Of a stretch of 64,000 nucleotides of DNA, positions 11,965 to 22,575 are shown in pieces. The number at the start of each line of letters is the position of its first letter. The stretch's first letter is position 1. A program made the position numbers and the translations under genes. The stretch comes from Flectonema sp. DT1601 (lineage: Eukaryota), in assembly GCA_964019425.1 (NCBI GenBank), contig OZ025782.1:744001-808000 (forward strand), in the 5' to 3' direction. The notes below the pieces were generated by a model. That model did no database searches. It saw only the letters and a program-made list of their open reading frames with translations, and was not told where the DNA came from.

Positions 11965-13197
11965 ATGAGTGACAGTGATTGTAATAATGATGTAGGACAA
12001 GAAACATTGGAACGAAGTGTAGCAGAAGAAGAAGCTGAAGGACTGTTTGATGAGCTCAAAGAAGATGTCGCACAAGAAGCATGGAGAATCATGGTTAGAG
12101 AACGAGTAGAAGTTCAAACAGCTAAAAAACATCAAAGACGATTTCTGTGGTTGGGTGGAGGAGCCCTAGTAATCGGAATCATATTAGCGATCATTGGATT
12201 CTACTTGGGATGGGAAGAAGGATCGAAATTTCCAGTTATAATTGGAGGATATTGCGCTGTGTTAGCAACCCTTTTATCACTCTTACAAATTATGGAACAC
12301 TTATCAGCTTTTAGTGACCCTGACATTCAGTCTCGAATAGTTAGAATACTTGTAATGGTTCCTATCTATGCTATTACATCATGGCTTGCTATTGTTTATA
12401 CTGATCAAGCTGTTTATTTAGATCTCGTTAGAGATATGTATGAGTCGTATGCGGTTTATACATTCTTCTCATTGATGCTGGGACTGTTAGGAGGTCTAGA
12501 TGAATGTGTTAGACTGTTTATGGTTGAAGGTCATTCTGGTGATGGTTTCAAGCATCCGTTTCCACTTTGCAAAGTACGACGTTGGTATATGCTACCACAA
12601 GTTTTATATAGAATAACTGTTTGTATCATTCAGTTTATGATCCTAAAACCGCTCTGTACTGTTGTTGTTATTGTTCTCACAGCAACGGGTCACTATGGAT
12701 CTGATTTTTCAGATTTCAAGGGAGGATTTGTTTACATTACAATGATATACAATGTGTCGATAACATTCGCATTCACTGCGTTGCTATATTTTTATATTGC
12801 GACGAAAGACTTGTTGAAAGATCACAATCCGTTGTTGAAGTTTGCTTGTATCAAGGGTGTTATTTTTCTTTCATACTGGCAATCTTTATGTATAGCAGTG
12901 CTTGACGCATTAGACCTCCTCCCACAGATTTCATTTTGGGAACCAGGGGTCGAAACTCGTACTGGTCTTCAGGACTTTTTAATATGCTGTGAAATGCTAT
13001 TATTCGCCATCGCTCATAAGTATGTCTTCGAAGCAAAAACTTACTCACGAGGACTTCAGGTGGGTGCTAGGATAGTTAGAGGAGCAGTCTTACCTACAGC
13101 TCGTCAGGGGATGTGTAATAATCTCAAAAAAACTCTTCAGCATGAAGACGTTAAATCTGATATTATTGCGATTTGGCATTTTATCAGGGCTTTTTAA
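11965..13197 (+). CDS. TMEM184 / organic solute transporter alpha family membrane protein
   Basis: IVRILVMVPIYAITSW, RDMYESYAVYTFFSL, QFMILKP, KFACIKGVIFLSYWQ, QDFLICCEML; multiple TM helices. Confidence 0.9.
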   Translation: MSDSDCNNDVGQETLERSVAEEEAEGLFDELKEDVAQEAWRIMVRERVEVQTAKKHQRRFLWLGGGALVIGIILAIIGFYLGWEEGSKFPVIIGGYCAVLATLLSLLQIMEHLSAFSDPDIQSRIVRILVMVPIYAITSWLAIVYTDQAVYLDLVRDMYESYAVYTFFSLMLGLLGGLDECVRLFMVEGHSGDGFKHPFPLCKVRRWYMLPQVLYRITVCIIQFMILKPLCTVVVIVLTATGHYGSDFSDFKGGFVYITMIYNVSITFAFTALLYFYIATKDLLKDHNPLLKFACIKGVIFLSYWQSLCIAVLDALDLLPQISFWEPGVETRTGLQDFLICCEMLLFAIAHKYVFEAKTYSRGLQVGARIVRGAVLPTARQGMCNNLKKTLQHEDVKSDIIAIWHFIRAF

Positions 13198-14154
13198 AAC
13201 ATTAAGTTGATCCTCCTACTCTCCGAAAACAACTTTTGAAATCTGAAAACTTGCAAACACCGGGGTAGTCGAGGGACATTATTCCCAAAATATAATTGAA
13301 TGTCGGATTTGTAAACAGTTGATTTTCTTTCGTTTCTCTTCGTCCTTTAAATAAATTTATAAACTAATTATTATTATTAAAAAAATTCTCCCTGTGCAAC
13401 ACCCCCTTCCCTTTGTTTATATTTCCTTTTTAATATCTATTTCTTTTTCGCAAATAGATGATCATAACTAAAGATCTGGAACTACCTCACAAGAATAAAT
13501 GTGGTTTCCGAATCCCTAACTGTTGGTTTTTCTTTTTTTACATGGCAGCCAGGATTGGCCGAACTATTTTAGTTTTTAGCCGAGTTCAGGTTGCCTTTTT
13601 ATGTTGTTTCGCACAAATAATTTAGTTGTATTTTATTACAAATTGTCCGTAGTAGTAGTAACGGCCATCGGATTGGGTCTTCTGTTGCAGTGAGTTGCCC
13701 TGCAGTACTCATAATGCTGACATACTAATCTAAAATCATTAACACATAAAAAAAAAATTTTTTTTTTTCTTATTTGAATGGATAAGTCTTTTCTGACCTC
13801 CCTCACTCTACTCAACTAGACGATTTGAATTATAACACATGGTCGATCTTGATGGTAGCTAATTTATTTATTTTATTTTTATTTTTATCTGGTTACGTTT
13901 CGTTTGATGAGGATTAAGAATTTTGTATATTTTTTTTTTTTTAAAAATAAATAAAATAATTTTTTTATTTCAGGGAAAAAGTGAAAAAAAAAAAAAAAAA
14001 CAAGAAAATCTGATTTACTCCAACCCCACCTGATGTGATACAATAAAATTAATAAACACCGAAGAGCTACCCAGTTCTCTTTGATATTCCTTCAACTAAT
14101 ACTCTGCAGTATCTTACAAACTAATAATTAAAATCAACAGACAGGTATTCCAAC

Positions 14155-16215
14155 ATGAACTCTGTGAATGACGACACAGAAACCACACAAAACGGTGTTG
14201 TTAAATACACTATTTATCCCATATCAGAAGATACAGATTTGAAATCTGTCAAACTCACAACAGAGAGAATAATAAACACGACACTAAAGAACTACATTTG
14301 GAATGCTGATTTAAAACCATCACTTAAAGAAGATGAAAACAAACTATTCGGAGAATACGAATATGGAGATGCCGTTGATGACGAATGGGCAACTGTACTA
14401 GCGTTGTTGCAATTAAGTAAAGAGTGTGTAGATGTTGTGATTCACGTAGTGGATCAAGATGGTCAGTTTTTATTAATAGAAGCAGCAGAGTATTTACCAG
14501 AATGGATGGACCCTGACGGGATGCAGAATAGAGTTTTTATTAGAAGTGGAGGATTGCAATGTATTCCTCCAGTACCAGAACATCCTTCACAAGTACTTCC
14601 TCTTTCAAAGTGTTCTGGTCATAAGTCTGTTGATGATTGCCCGCCATTATTATTATCTGATGCGTTGAGTATATTGTCAACTAGTTCTAAGTCAGATTTC
14701 GAAGCTGATTTAGATATTACAAAAACAATCCTCAGTCGTCTTCCTGTTCTAAGTGACGACGTTCTACTTCAAAAGACAAAACTGACACTTCCAACTCCAA
14801 TTGCCGCATCTCTTTCTGAAAATCCACAACTAATCAGTAAGATAGCCAGTTCTGTAGATTCGTCATCATCTTCTCATTTAACTTTATTTAATCCATCAAA
14901 GGTTGGTCGTAGTACCTCAATGGTAACCGCTAGTCGATACATATTTGCGAAACTATCTCTGGAGGTTGATAAATTACAACGATCCAACCCCACGAATGAT
15001 AAAAACCAAACTGACAGTGAAAAGCGAGACCTCTACTTAGCTTCGTTAATCTCAAATTCCTTCGAGAATGTGTTTCTTAAAGACCAGAAAACTCTCTCTG
15101 AAGCACAGAAAGCTGCGCAAAAGAAAACAACAATTGAAAAAGCAACTCAGCCAACAACAACACATCCTAAATGCGGAGTGTTCTCAGAGGGTCTTCAGCA
15201 TGCGCGAGAAATAAACGATAAGAATAAATCAAAGATAGCTGCGAAAAATAACAAACTACCGGGATTCACAACATACCTTCAACGGTTAGAAAAGATGGGC
15301 TACTTTGGAGATGAAATAAAAGGCAGCAAACTATATAATGAGAAGTTGGAAGCAGCGAAGAAAAACTTTGGAATAGGTGCGAATGAAAATAATGAAATCA
15401 GTTCTGAAGGATGTTCTAAACAAGATGATAATTGTGTTGTAAATAAAACATCGAAGTATCCCTGGGATCTACCAACTGAATCTACGGACGGTAATAAACT
15501 AAACTTTGCTACCAGAGTATTACATTCTATTGAGTTATGGAAACAACATAATGAATGTTCTGGTAACCTTCCGTTGAGTATCGAATTTAAAACAAACCCT
15601 TCAGACTCAACTGATTGGTTAACAGTTACTCCCCAATCAGTCGATGCTTTGCTTTCTCATAAATTCGATCCAAATCTTTCTCAAAATCTCGAAGATGATG
15701 AAAAGAAAAAAACAGACGCAGCTGCCTACGAATCAGCTCAACAACGACTAAAGGAAACAGTCGAAAAGATGGATTCATTCATGAAATCAGAAAGTGACTA
15801 CAAAGGTGTAGAGACCACAGACAGTAAGATCGTAGAAGAAAAAGAATCCCCAGCTAACACTAAGAACGACGGGGAATACCAGTTTAATCGAAAAGAATAC
15901 GAGAAAAGACGTAAAGAACTATTAGGTATTATTGACTTGGAATCAGATGATGAAGAACCACAGAAACCAACTTCAAAAGATCCCCTCGATTGTGATTCCA
16001 ATAACAGTGAGGACTCAGATGATGATATCGACCCTGAAGAACTCTCTAGATACATAAATGAGTTATCATCAGAGTTGAGATCTCATTCATCTCTCAGCAG
16101 GACATCAGACGATAATCAAATTGATAACGCTCTCAATTCAATTACTGAAAGTATTAAAGCTCAAGGTGGTGGAACAGGACCTGCTCTTAATATTCTAAAT
16201 CAATTAGGTCTTTGA
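14155..16215 (+). CDS. ECD: Ecdysoneless (ECD) / SGT1-family protein
   Basis: YGDAVDDEW, DQDGQFLLIEAAEYLPEWMDP, NRVFIRSG, YLQRLEKMGYFGDEIKGSKLY and C-terminal SIKAQGGGTGPALNIL motifs. Confidence 0.88.
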   Translation: MNSVNDDTETTQNGVVKYTIYPISEDTDLKSVKLTTERIINTTLKNYIWNADLKPSLKEDENKLFGEYEYGDAVDDEWATVLALLQLSKECVDVVIHVVDQDGQFLLIEAAEYLPEWMDPDGMQNRVFIRSGGLQCIPPVPEHPSQVLPLSKCSGHKSVDDCPPLLLSDALSILSTSSKSDFEADLDITKTILSRLPVLSDDVLLQKTKLTLPTPIAASLSENPQLISKIASSVDSSSSSHLTLFNPSKVGRSTSMVTASRYIFAKLSLEVDKLQRSNPTNDKNQTDSEKRDLYLASLISNSFENVFLKDQKTLSEAQKAAQKKTTIEKATQPTTTHPKCGVFSEGLQHAREINDKNKSKIAAKNNKLPGFTTYLQRLEKMGYFGDEIKGSKLYNEKLEAAKKNFGIGANENNEISSEGCSKQDDNCVVNKTSKYPWDLPTESTDGNKLNFATRVLHSIELWKQHNECSGNLPLSIEFKTNPSDSTDWLTVTPQSVDALLSHKFDPNLSQNLEDDEKKKTDAAAYESAQQRLKETVEKMDSFMKSESDYKGVETTDSKIVEEKESPANTKNDGEYQFNRKEYEKRRKELLGIIDLESDDEEPQKPTSKDPLDCDSNNSEDSDDDIDPEELSRYINELSSELRSHSSLSRTSDDNQIDNALNSITESIKAQGGGTGPALNILNQLGL

Positions 16216-16511
16216 GATCCTTTGACCGGTGTTGCTCGTTTTCTTCAAACGAACAACCATTTCTGGCAACCGCCATCAAACATTACCTACTTACCTAACA
16301 TTACCAACCTGTATTTATCTATTTATTATCAATTTTTAGCGTTCTAATGAAAATCCAATGCGTGTTTCGCAAATTTCTTTTGTGAAAACCGTTCCTATTT
16401 TTTACTTACGTTTTTTCACACTCGTCTCAAACAGGGTGTAATAATAAAATTTATTTTTGTGTGGGGTGTGTACTTTATTATTTATTCTTTCAAGGGGGAG
16501 GTGTTCACAAA

Positions 16512-18473
16512 ATGACATACCTCAGCAAGATGTGTATTGCTACCACCAGAGGGATGTACAGCAGACAGATGCTACTACCTCGTCGTTGTAATTTGAGATC
16601 TCAAATGAGATTTTGTGTTAACAATTGGAAACCCCCAGCAGAAGTGAAGAAAGCGAAGGAAAAAAGAACACCTGCTGACATTACAATGGGTGTAATTAGA
16701 ACGATTTGGCCAACAAAGGGACAATGGAGATTAAAATTTCAAATTATGACGGCTTTTGGTTGTGTATTTGGTACGAAGTTATTTGGTATCGCAGTACCGT
16801 ATTGGTTTAAAGGGATAATTGATTCTCTTTCTGTTGATCCGACAATTGTACTTCAGGCTTTCAATCCAATTGGAGTATCTGCGCTAGGTCTTGTAGTCTG
16901 TTACACTCTTTGTAAAGTATTACAAGCAGCAACTCAAGAAGCAAGAGGAGCTCTCTTCGCAACAGTCGTACAAGACGCAATTCGAAGGTTATCTGTTCAG
17001 ACAGCTACTCATTTGCATCAGTTGAATTTAGACTTTCACATTAATCGTCAAACTGGAGCTCTCGCTAAGTCAATCGATAGAGGAACCAAAGCAGTTGACA
17101 GACTCTTAAACTTCGCTTTATTTCACATTATACCTACTGCTTTAGAATTGATTTTAGTGTCTGCTGTTTTGTACAGAGAAGCAGGTTTACCTTTTGTACT
17201 AACGGCATGCACTGCTGTAACAGCCTATACTGTCTTTACTATTATTGTGAGTACTTGGAGAATAGAAGTTAGAAAGACGATGAACAAACACGACACGGAA
17301 TCGAGTGGTTTGATTATTGACGGTCTCTTAAACTATGAAACTGTGAAGTATTTTCAAAATGAAAAATATGAAGTCGATCGATACGATGAAATCCTACGAA
17401 AGTATTCAAAAGACGCAGCAAAGACAACGCAATCACTCTCTTTCTTAAACTTAGGACAGCAACTAATATTTACGTCAGCATTAGCAGTTGCAATGGGAAT
17501 GTCTGTAACTCGTGTTGCTGCGGGGACGATGACGTTGGGTGATCTGATATTAGTGAATACGTTGCTTATGCAATTATCAATGCCGTTAAACTTCTTAGGA
17601 ACGGTATTCAGAGAGTTACAAACAGCTGTGACTGATATGGATAATTTGTTTACTTTGTTATCAAGTAATCAACCACCACCAGAACCAGAGACGAAATTCG
17701 TTTTTAAATCGGGTGAAATTGAGTTTCGTGATGTGTTCTTCAGCTACCGCACGGATCAAGCAGTTCTCAAGGGACTTTCATTTAAGGTTCCAGCTGGTCA
17801 TTCTGTTGGTGTTGTCGGACCATCAGGTTGTGGTAAATCAACAATCCACCGACTGCTATTTAAATTCCATTTCCCATCATCTGGTACCATTCTTGTTGAC
17901 GGACAAGATATTACTGAAATTAGTTCTGAGTCTTTGCGTTCTCATTTCGGAGTCATTCCACAAGACACTGTTTTATTTAATGACACGATCCTTCATAATA
18001 TTCGTTATGGTAAAATAGGAGCTACTGATGAAGAGTGTTATGAAGCAAGTAAGAAAGCAGGTCTTCATGAGACTGTTATGGGATTCCCAGATGGATACAG
18101 CACAAAAGTTGGTGAGAGAGGACTGAAACTCTCCGGAGGAGAAAAACAGAGAGTTTCAATCGCCCGTTGTCTACTTCGCAATGCTCCTATCTTATTAGCA
18201 GATGAAGCGACCTCAGCATTAGACACTCGTACTGAAGCACTCACAATGGATAGTTTACGTGATACTCATAATGAACAACCTTTAACTTCAATTATCATCG
18301 CTCATCGTCTATCAACAATTAGAGATTGTAATGCTGTTCTTGTTCTTAAAGAAGGATTACAACATGAATATGGTTCTCATTCAGAACTAATGGAAAAGAA
18401 AGGATTGTATTACGACATGTGGATGAGACAACAAACAGACACCGAAGAAAAAGAGAAACCAGAAAGTAAGTAA
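16512..18473 (+). CDS. ATM1: Mitochondrial ABC half-transporter ABCB7/Atm1
   Basis: Arg-rich presequence-like N-terminus from ATG 16512; FHINRQTGAL, DGLLNYETVKYF, QLSMPLNFLG, Walker A GPSGCGKST, signature LSGGEKQR, DEATSALD, IAHRLST. Confidence 0.93.
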   Translation: MTYLSKMCIATTRGMYSRQMLLPRRCNLRSQMRFCVNNWKPPAEVKKAKEKRTPADITMGVIRTIWPTKGQWRLKFQIMTAFGCVFGTKLFGIAVPYWFKGIIDSLSVDPTIVLQAFNPIGVSALGLVVCYTLCKVLQAATQEARGALFATVVQDAIRRLSVQTATHLHQLNLDFHINRQTGALAKSIDRGTKAVDRLLNFALFHIIPTALELILVSAVLYREAGLPFVLTACTAVTAYTVFTIIVSTWRIEVRKTMNKHDTESSGLIIDGLLNYETVKYFQNEKYEVDRYDEILRKYSKDAAKTTQSLSFLNLGQQLIFTSALAVAMGMSVTRVAAGTMTLGDLILVNTLLMQLSMPLNFLGTVFRELQTAVTDMDNLFTLLSSNQPPPEPETKFVFKSGEIEFRDVFFSYRTDQAVLKGLSFKVPAGHSVGVVGPSGCGKSTIHRLLFKFHFPSSGTILVDGQDITEISSESLRSHFGVIPQDTVLFNDTILHNIRYGKIGATDEECYEASKKAGLHETVMGFPDGYSTKVGERGLKLSGGEKQRVSIARCLLRNAPILLADEATSALDTRTEALTMDSLRDTHNEQPLTSIIIAHRLSTIRDCNAVLVLKEGLQHEYGSHSELMEKKGLYYDMWMRQQTDTEEKEKPESK

Positions 18474-19069
18474 AGCGTCTTAAATAAATAAGACAGCAAC
18501 TTCTTTAACACAAATGGTACGCATATTTCCATTTCAGATACGACTGAGATGGATTGTAAAATGAAAGCGGACATCAATTCCGAAAGAGAGGGGTTAAAAG
18601 ATATAAAAAATCTTCTGGAGACACTTCGTGCTTAACGTACATTCTGCTTCCGATTTTCTATTAGTTATTTACGTAAGAAAACATCATTCCTGTGCATTAT
18701 TCGTGTTGCTTATTCAGACAACACTATTCGTTGCTTTTGGTATTTCGAAGGCGCAGTAGAGTGTACTGGGGAAAGAAAAAAAAAAAAAAAAAAAAATTAA
18801 TAAAAAAGGAGAGTTTTGCTTTTTTTATTGCAATCTTCTCTACTGAAATTACTGTCCTCGTCTCCCTTGCGGTTATAACGTTTTTTTTTCCTTTTTTTTT
18901 TTTTCACCCCCCGTCTCATAGGTCGTCATGTGTTGTTTTTGAAAGTACCTATATGGCCTCAATTATCATATTAGAATTCCTTTAATGAGACACTTTCGGT
19001 TATCCTTAACAAAAAAAAAAAATAAGAATTACATCACAATCTCACATCAGATAAAGTCACCCACATAGT

Positions 19070-20472
19070 ATGGTGTTTGGAAGGCTCAAGGGAGTCTTTT
19101 GGGGTGAAGAACTTAAAGAAATACCTGCAAAATTACAAAGGAAACTTCCTACAGAAGGAGACTGGGAGGTAACTGACAGCGACAATGAAGCTTTGGCTAG
19201 AGACGAGGATGAGGTTAGGTTACCAGTTAGGTCGAGATCATTGAAAGGAGTGGGTGAAATGGGATTACCGTATGAAGACCCATTGTTATGTGATAGAGAT
19301 GATGGACGCTTAGCAAGTCCTGTTTTTATTGGAGCATTGGATGAGATATCAAAAAGTGATGGAGATCCTAACCTTCTACGAGATCTCTGTTGGAAAGGTA
19401 TCCCTTGGGAATCTCGCAGTGACTGCTGGAGTCTTTTATCAGGCTACCTCCCATCACAACCAGATAGGCGTCTTGAACATCTTCAAAATAAGAGGACAAC
19501 TTACAGAAAATATAAAACACAATACTGCGCTCACAGTACAACTGGTGAAGGTAATAAAATAATGAACATGTTGAAAAAAGATATTCCTCGAACTAGTCCT
19601 TCGTATCCTATATTTGCACTCCCTGTAATTCAAAAAGCCTTAGAGAAATTATTATTTGTGTGGTCGTTGCAACATCCTGCAACAGGTTACGTCCAGGGGA
19701 TGAATGATTTAGTGACTCCGTTTTTCGTGGCATTTTTGGCGCCGCATCTTCCGGAAAGAGTTTTGTTGTCGGGAGATGTCTCAAGCCCAAGTCTCATAGA
19801 AAAACTAAATGAAATAATTAATGATGTAGAAGCTGATTGCTACTGGTGTTTTCACGCGTTACTACACAGCATACAAAACCATTATACGGAGGGACAAACA
19901 GGTATGTATTTTAGTTTTTGTATACAAACCCATTGTGCGATAGAAAAGAGAATTGTGAGCGTAACTAACCTATTCCTTTATTAGGATTTCGTTCCGGTTG
20001 TGCGCACTAAAAGTAAAAAAAAATGAAGTTTGCCGATTCTTTTTTTTTTTTTTTTTCAACAACAAAAAACCCAACAACAGGTATTCAAGAAAAACTTGGC
20101 GTACTGGACGAGCTCTTAAAAAAAGCCGAACCCAGATTGTATGCACATTTTCAAGTAGAAGAAGTAACAATGATGCAATTCGCTTACAAGTGGGTTAATT
20201 GCTTACTGCTAAGAGAATTACCATTCCCAGCTTCACTCCGATTGTGGGATGCTTATCTCAGTGAGATAGATGATTACGCGAACACTCATATTTATGTTTG
20301 TCTTGCTTTGATTTCAAAATACTCTTCGACTCTTATGAAGTTAGAATTTTCTGAATTGCTACCATTTCTACTGTCACCTCCAACAAAAGAATTTACAGAA
20401 GAAGACGTTGGAGAACTTTTATCACAAGCGTATCTTTATCAGCAACTATACCCAGATGCTTTTAAGACATAG
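19070..20472 (+). CDS. TBC-domain Rab GAP, Gyp1/TBC1D22-like; exons 19070-19901 and 20081-20472
   Basis: KDIPRT (R-finger), GYVQGMNDLVTPF (Q-finger), EADCYWC. Intron 19902-20080 (GTATGT...CAG) joins to GIQEKL...WVNCLLLRE...RLWDAYL. Confidence 0.92.
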
Positions 20473-21407
20473 TTCGTATATCATCTGTGGTGTATTGTAA
20501 TATTTAATATCTCGCACATCGAAATTATCCGACAAGTTTCGTTGAATTTCGTAAATTATAAGTAATAGTTGCCTTTGTATTTGTGTTTCGCTCTACTTAT
20601 TTATTACTTACGGATTTGTTCTTTTAATAGACTTTGCTGCGTTTACTAATTTTTTAAATAGACCTATTTTTGAATTCGTCTAAAGTGTCGTTTTCAATGT
20701 TTTTTTTTTGTCTATTTTTGGTTTAGTAATCCATGATGTTATTTTTTTAATATATATACCTGCGAACTAATTGTTTGAAAAAATTGTGATAAAACGTAAC
20801 TTAGCTTTGTTCCTCTAGTGGGAGTCTTGTACCACAAAAAAAATAAAATAAAATAAAATAAAATTGCCCACCATCGATAGTCCTCAATGACTCTTAAGTA
20901 AATTAAATAATAAAAATCTTCATCCTATCAATTTGCTAACTTCTTAAGTGATAGTGAGTTCTGTTGAATAAGAAGACATAAACACATCAACGTATTTTGT
21001 TCAATATCTCTTTTGATGCATTATTTTTACTTCTTTCGATGAATCGCTTTTTTTTTTTTTTTTTTTTTTTTTTGTACGTCGTTAGGTACTTTGTCCGCTT
21101 TGTTTCTTATACCAACTGACGCTTGCCGATGTTGGTTTTCTTTGTTTCTAAGCAAAAGAGAAAATGGATAAAAGTTTCGTTTTTTTTTTATTTTTATTTT
21201 ATTTTTTATTCTTCCAAAAAGCACGAATCACCTCGTGAATGACAAGTTCAGATTTCCAGCATCGGTTATCTTTTACACTCATAAATCCGAACAATACAAA
21301 AGATTATTTAATGTGTGTCCATGTCTTTAATTCGTATCACATGCTGTGGAGATATCATCGAATTGATTGACAGTTTTCATATTTATATCTTCGAATAGTT
21401 AAAACAA

Positions 21408-22136
21408 ATGCCGTCATCGGGAGTACAATCCTTAGTAAAGTATGATAACGCTGTCTTACTTGCTGAGATTCGTGAAGTAAAGAAGAAGGGAGGTGGTACA
21501 GTCAGAGGTAGACTACCACCAGTCGATAAATTAACATCTCAAACGGAAGATATTTTAAACACAATTATACCTCCTCAAGAATGGGAAGAAGGTAATCAAG
21601 TTTGGGTTCAATACGTTAGCAGCACACCTGCTACTCGTTTAGATGTAATTAACCTTCAAGAACAGTTAGATAGTCAACTTGAACGAAGACAAGCTCGTGA
21701 GACAGGAATCTGTACAACACGAGAACTTCTTTACTCACAATGTTTTGATGAACTTATTAGACAAGTTACTGTTTCTTGTGCTGAGAGAGGACTTCTACTC
21801 CTCAGAGTTAGAGATGAAGCTAGAATGACAATCAGAGCTTACAAAATACTTTACGAAAGTAGTATCGCTTTTGGTATGAGAAAAGCTCTACAAGCAGAAC
21901 AAGGAAAAGCTGACATGCAATCAAAAATAAGAGCTCAAGAACGACAAATCGATGAGTTAGAACGCGCCAATGCAGAACTACAAGCAAAGTGCGAAGCCAT
22001 TCACCAACAAGAAGTAGAACAGAGAAAGGAAGCAGAAAGAAAACATCAGGAAGATGTTACATATCTGCGAAAGGCGAATCACCAACTGACGACACAGCTA
22101 CAGACATTTCTAGGAGCACAGGGTGGGAAGAAATAA
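21408..22136 (+). CDS. DNALI1: Axonemal inner-arm dynein light intermediate chain p28
   Basis: SLVKYD, EDILNTIIPP, VSSTPATRLDVINLQEQLD, RQARETGIC, CAERGLLLLRVRDE, YESSIAFGMRKALQAEQ. Confidence 0.95.
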   Translation: MPSSGVQSLVKYDNAVLLAEIREVKKKGGGTVRGRLPPVDKLTSQTEDILNTIIPPQEWEEGNQVWVQYVSSTPATRLDVINLQEQLDSQLERRQARETGICTTRELLYSQCFDELIRQVTVSCAERGLLLLRVRDEARMTIRAYKILYESSIAFGMRKALQAEQGKADMQSKIRAQERQIDELERANAELQAKCEAIHQQEVEQRKEAERKHQEDVTYLRKANHQLTTQLQTFLGAQGGKK

Positions 22137-22575
22137 TTTGAAGTCTTTTAAAAAGCACAAAAGACATTCGACTGCTACTGAACTTGTTAATAAAATAAGT
22201 TTAGTAATCTCGCGTAGGAAACAAAATGTTTACTACCCATCAATAGCTTCTGCTGTTTGATTACTAAAATTGTCCCTCAAAGACAATATAGCTTTTGTAG
22301 TCAGCTCGAAAGAGCTGTCAATCTGAAATAAAATAATAGTTTCGTATGAGTTTTGTTATAAGGCTCCTGCCTTGTTGTTAATATGTCTGTTGAAAAAATG
22401 GTAAACTGTGATTGTTTGTGGTGAATATTTTTACTTATCAGGTGTTTTACAATAATGTCAGAAAGGAATCAACAGATAGAAACCGATGGGCTTGCTGTTT
22501 TATTATTATTATCTATTTGAGTGTTTACTTTATTTTATTTATGATGTGCCTCAGGAAGGGGTGTGGGTTGTCAAA

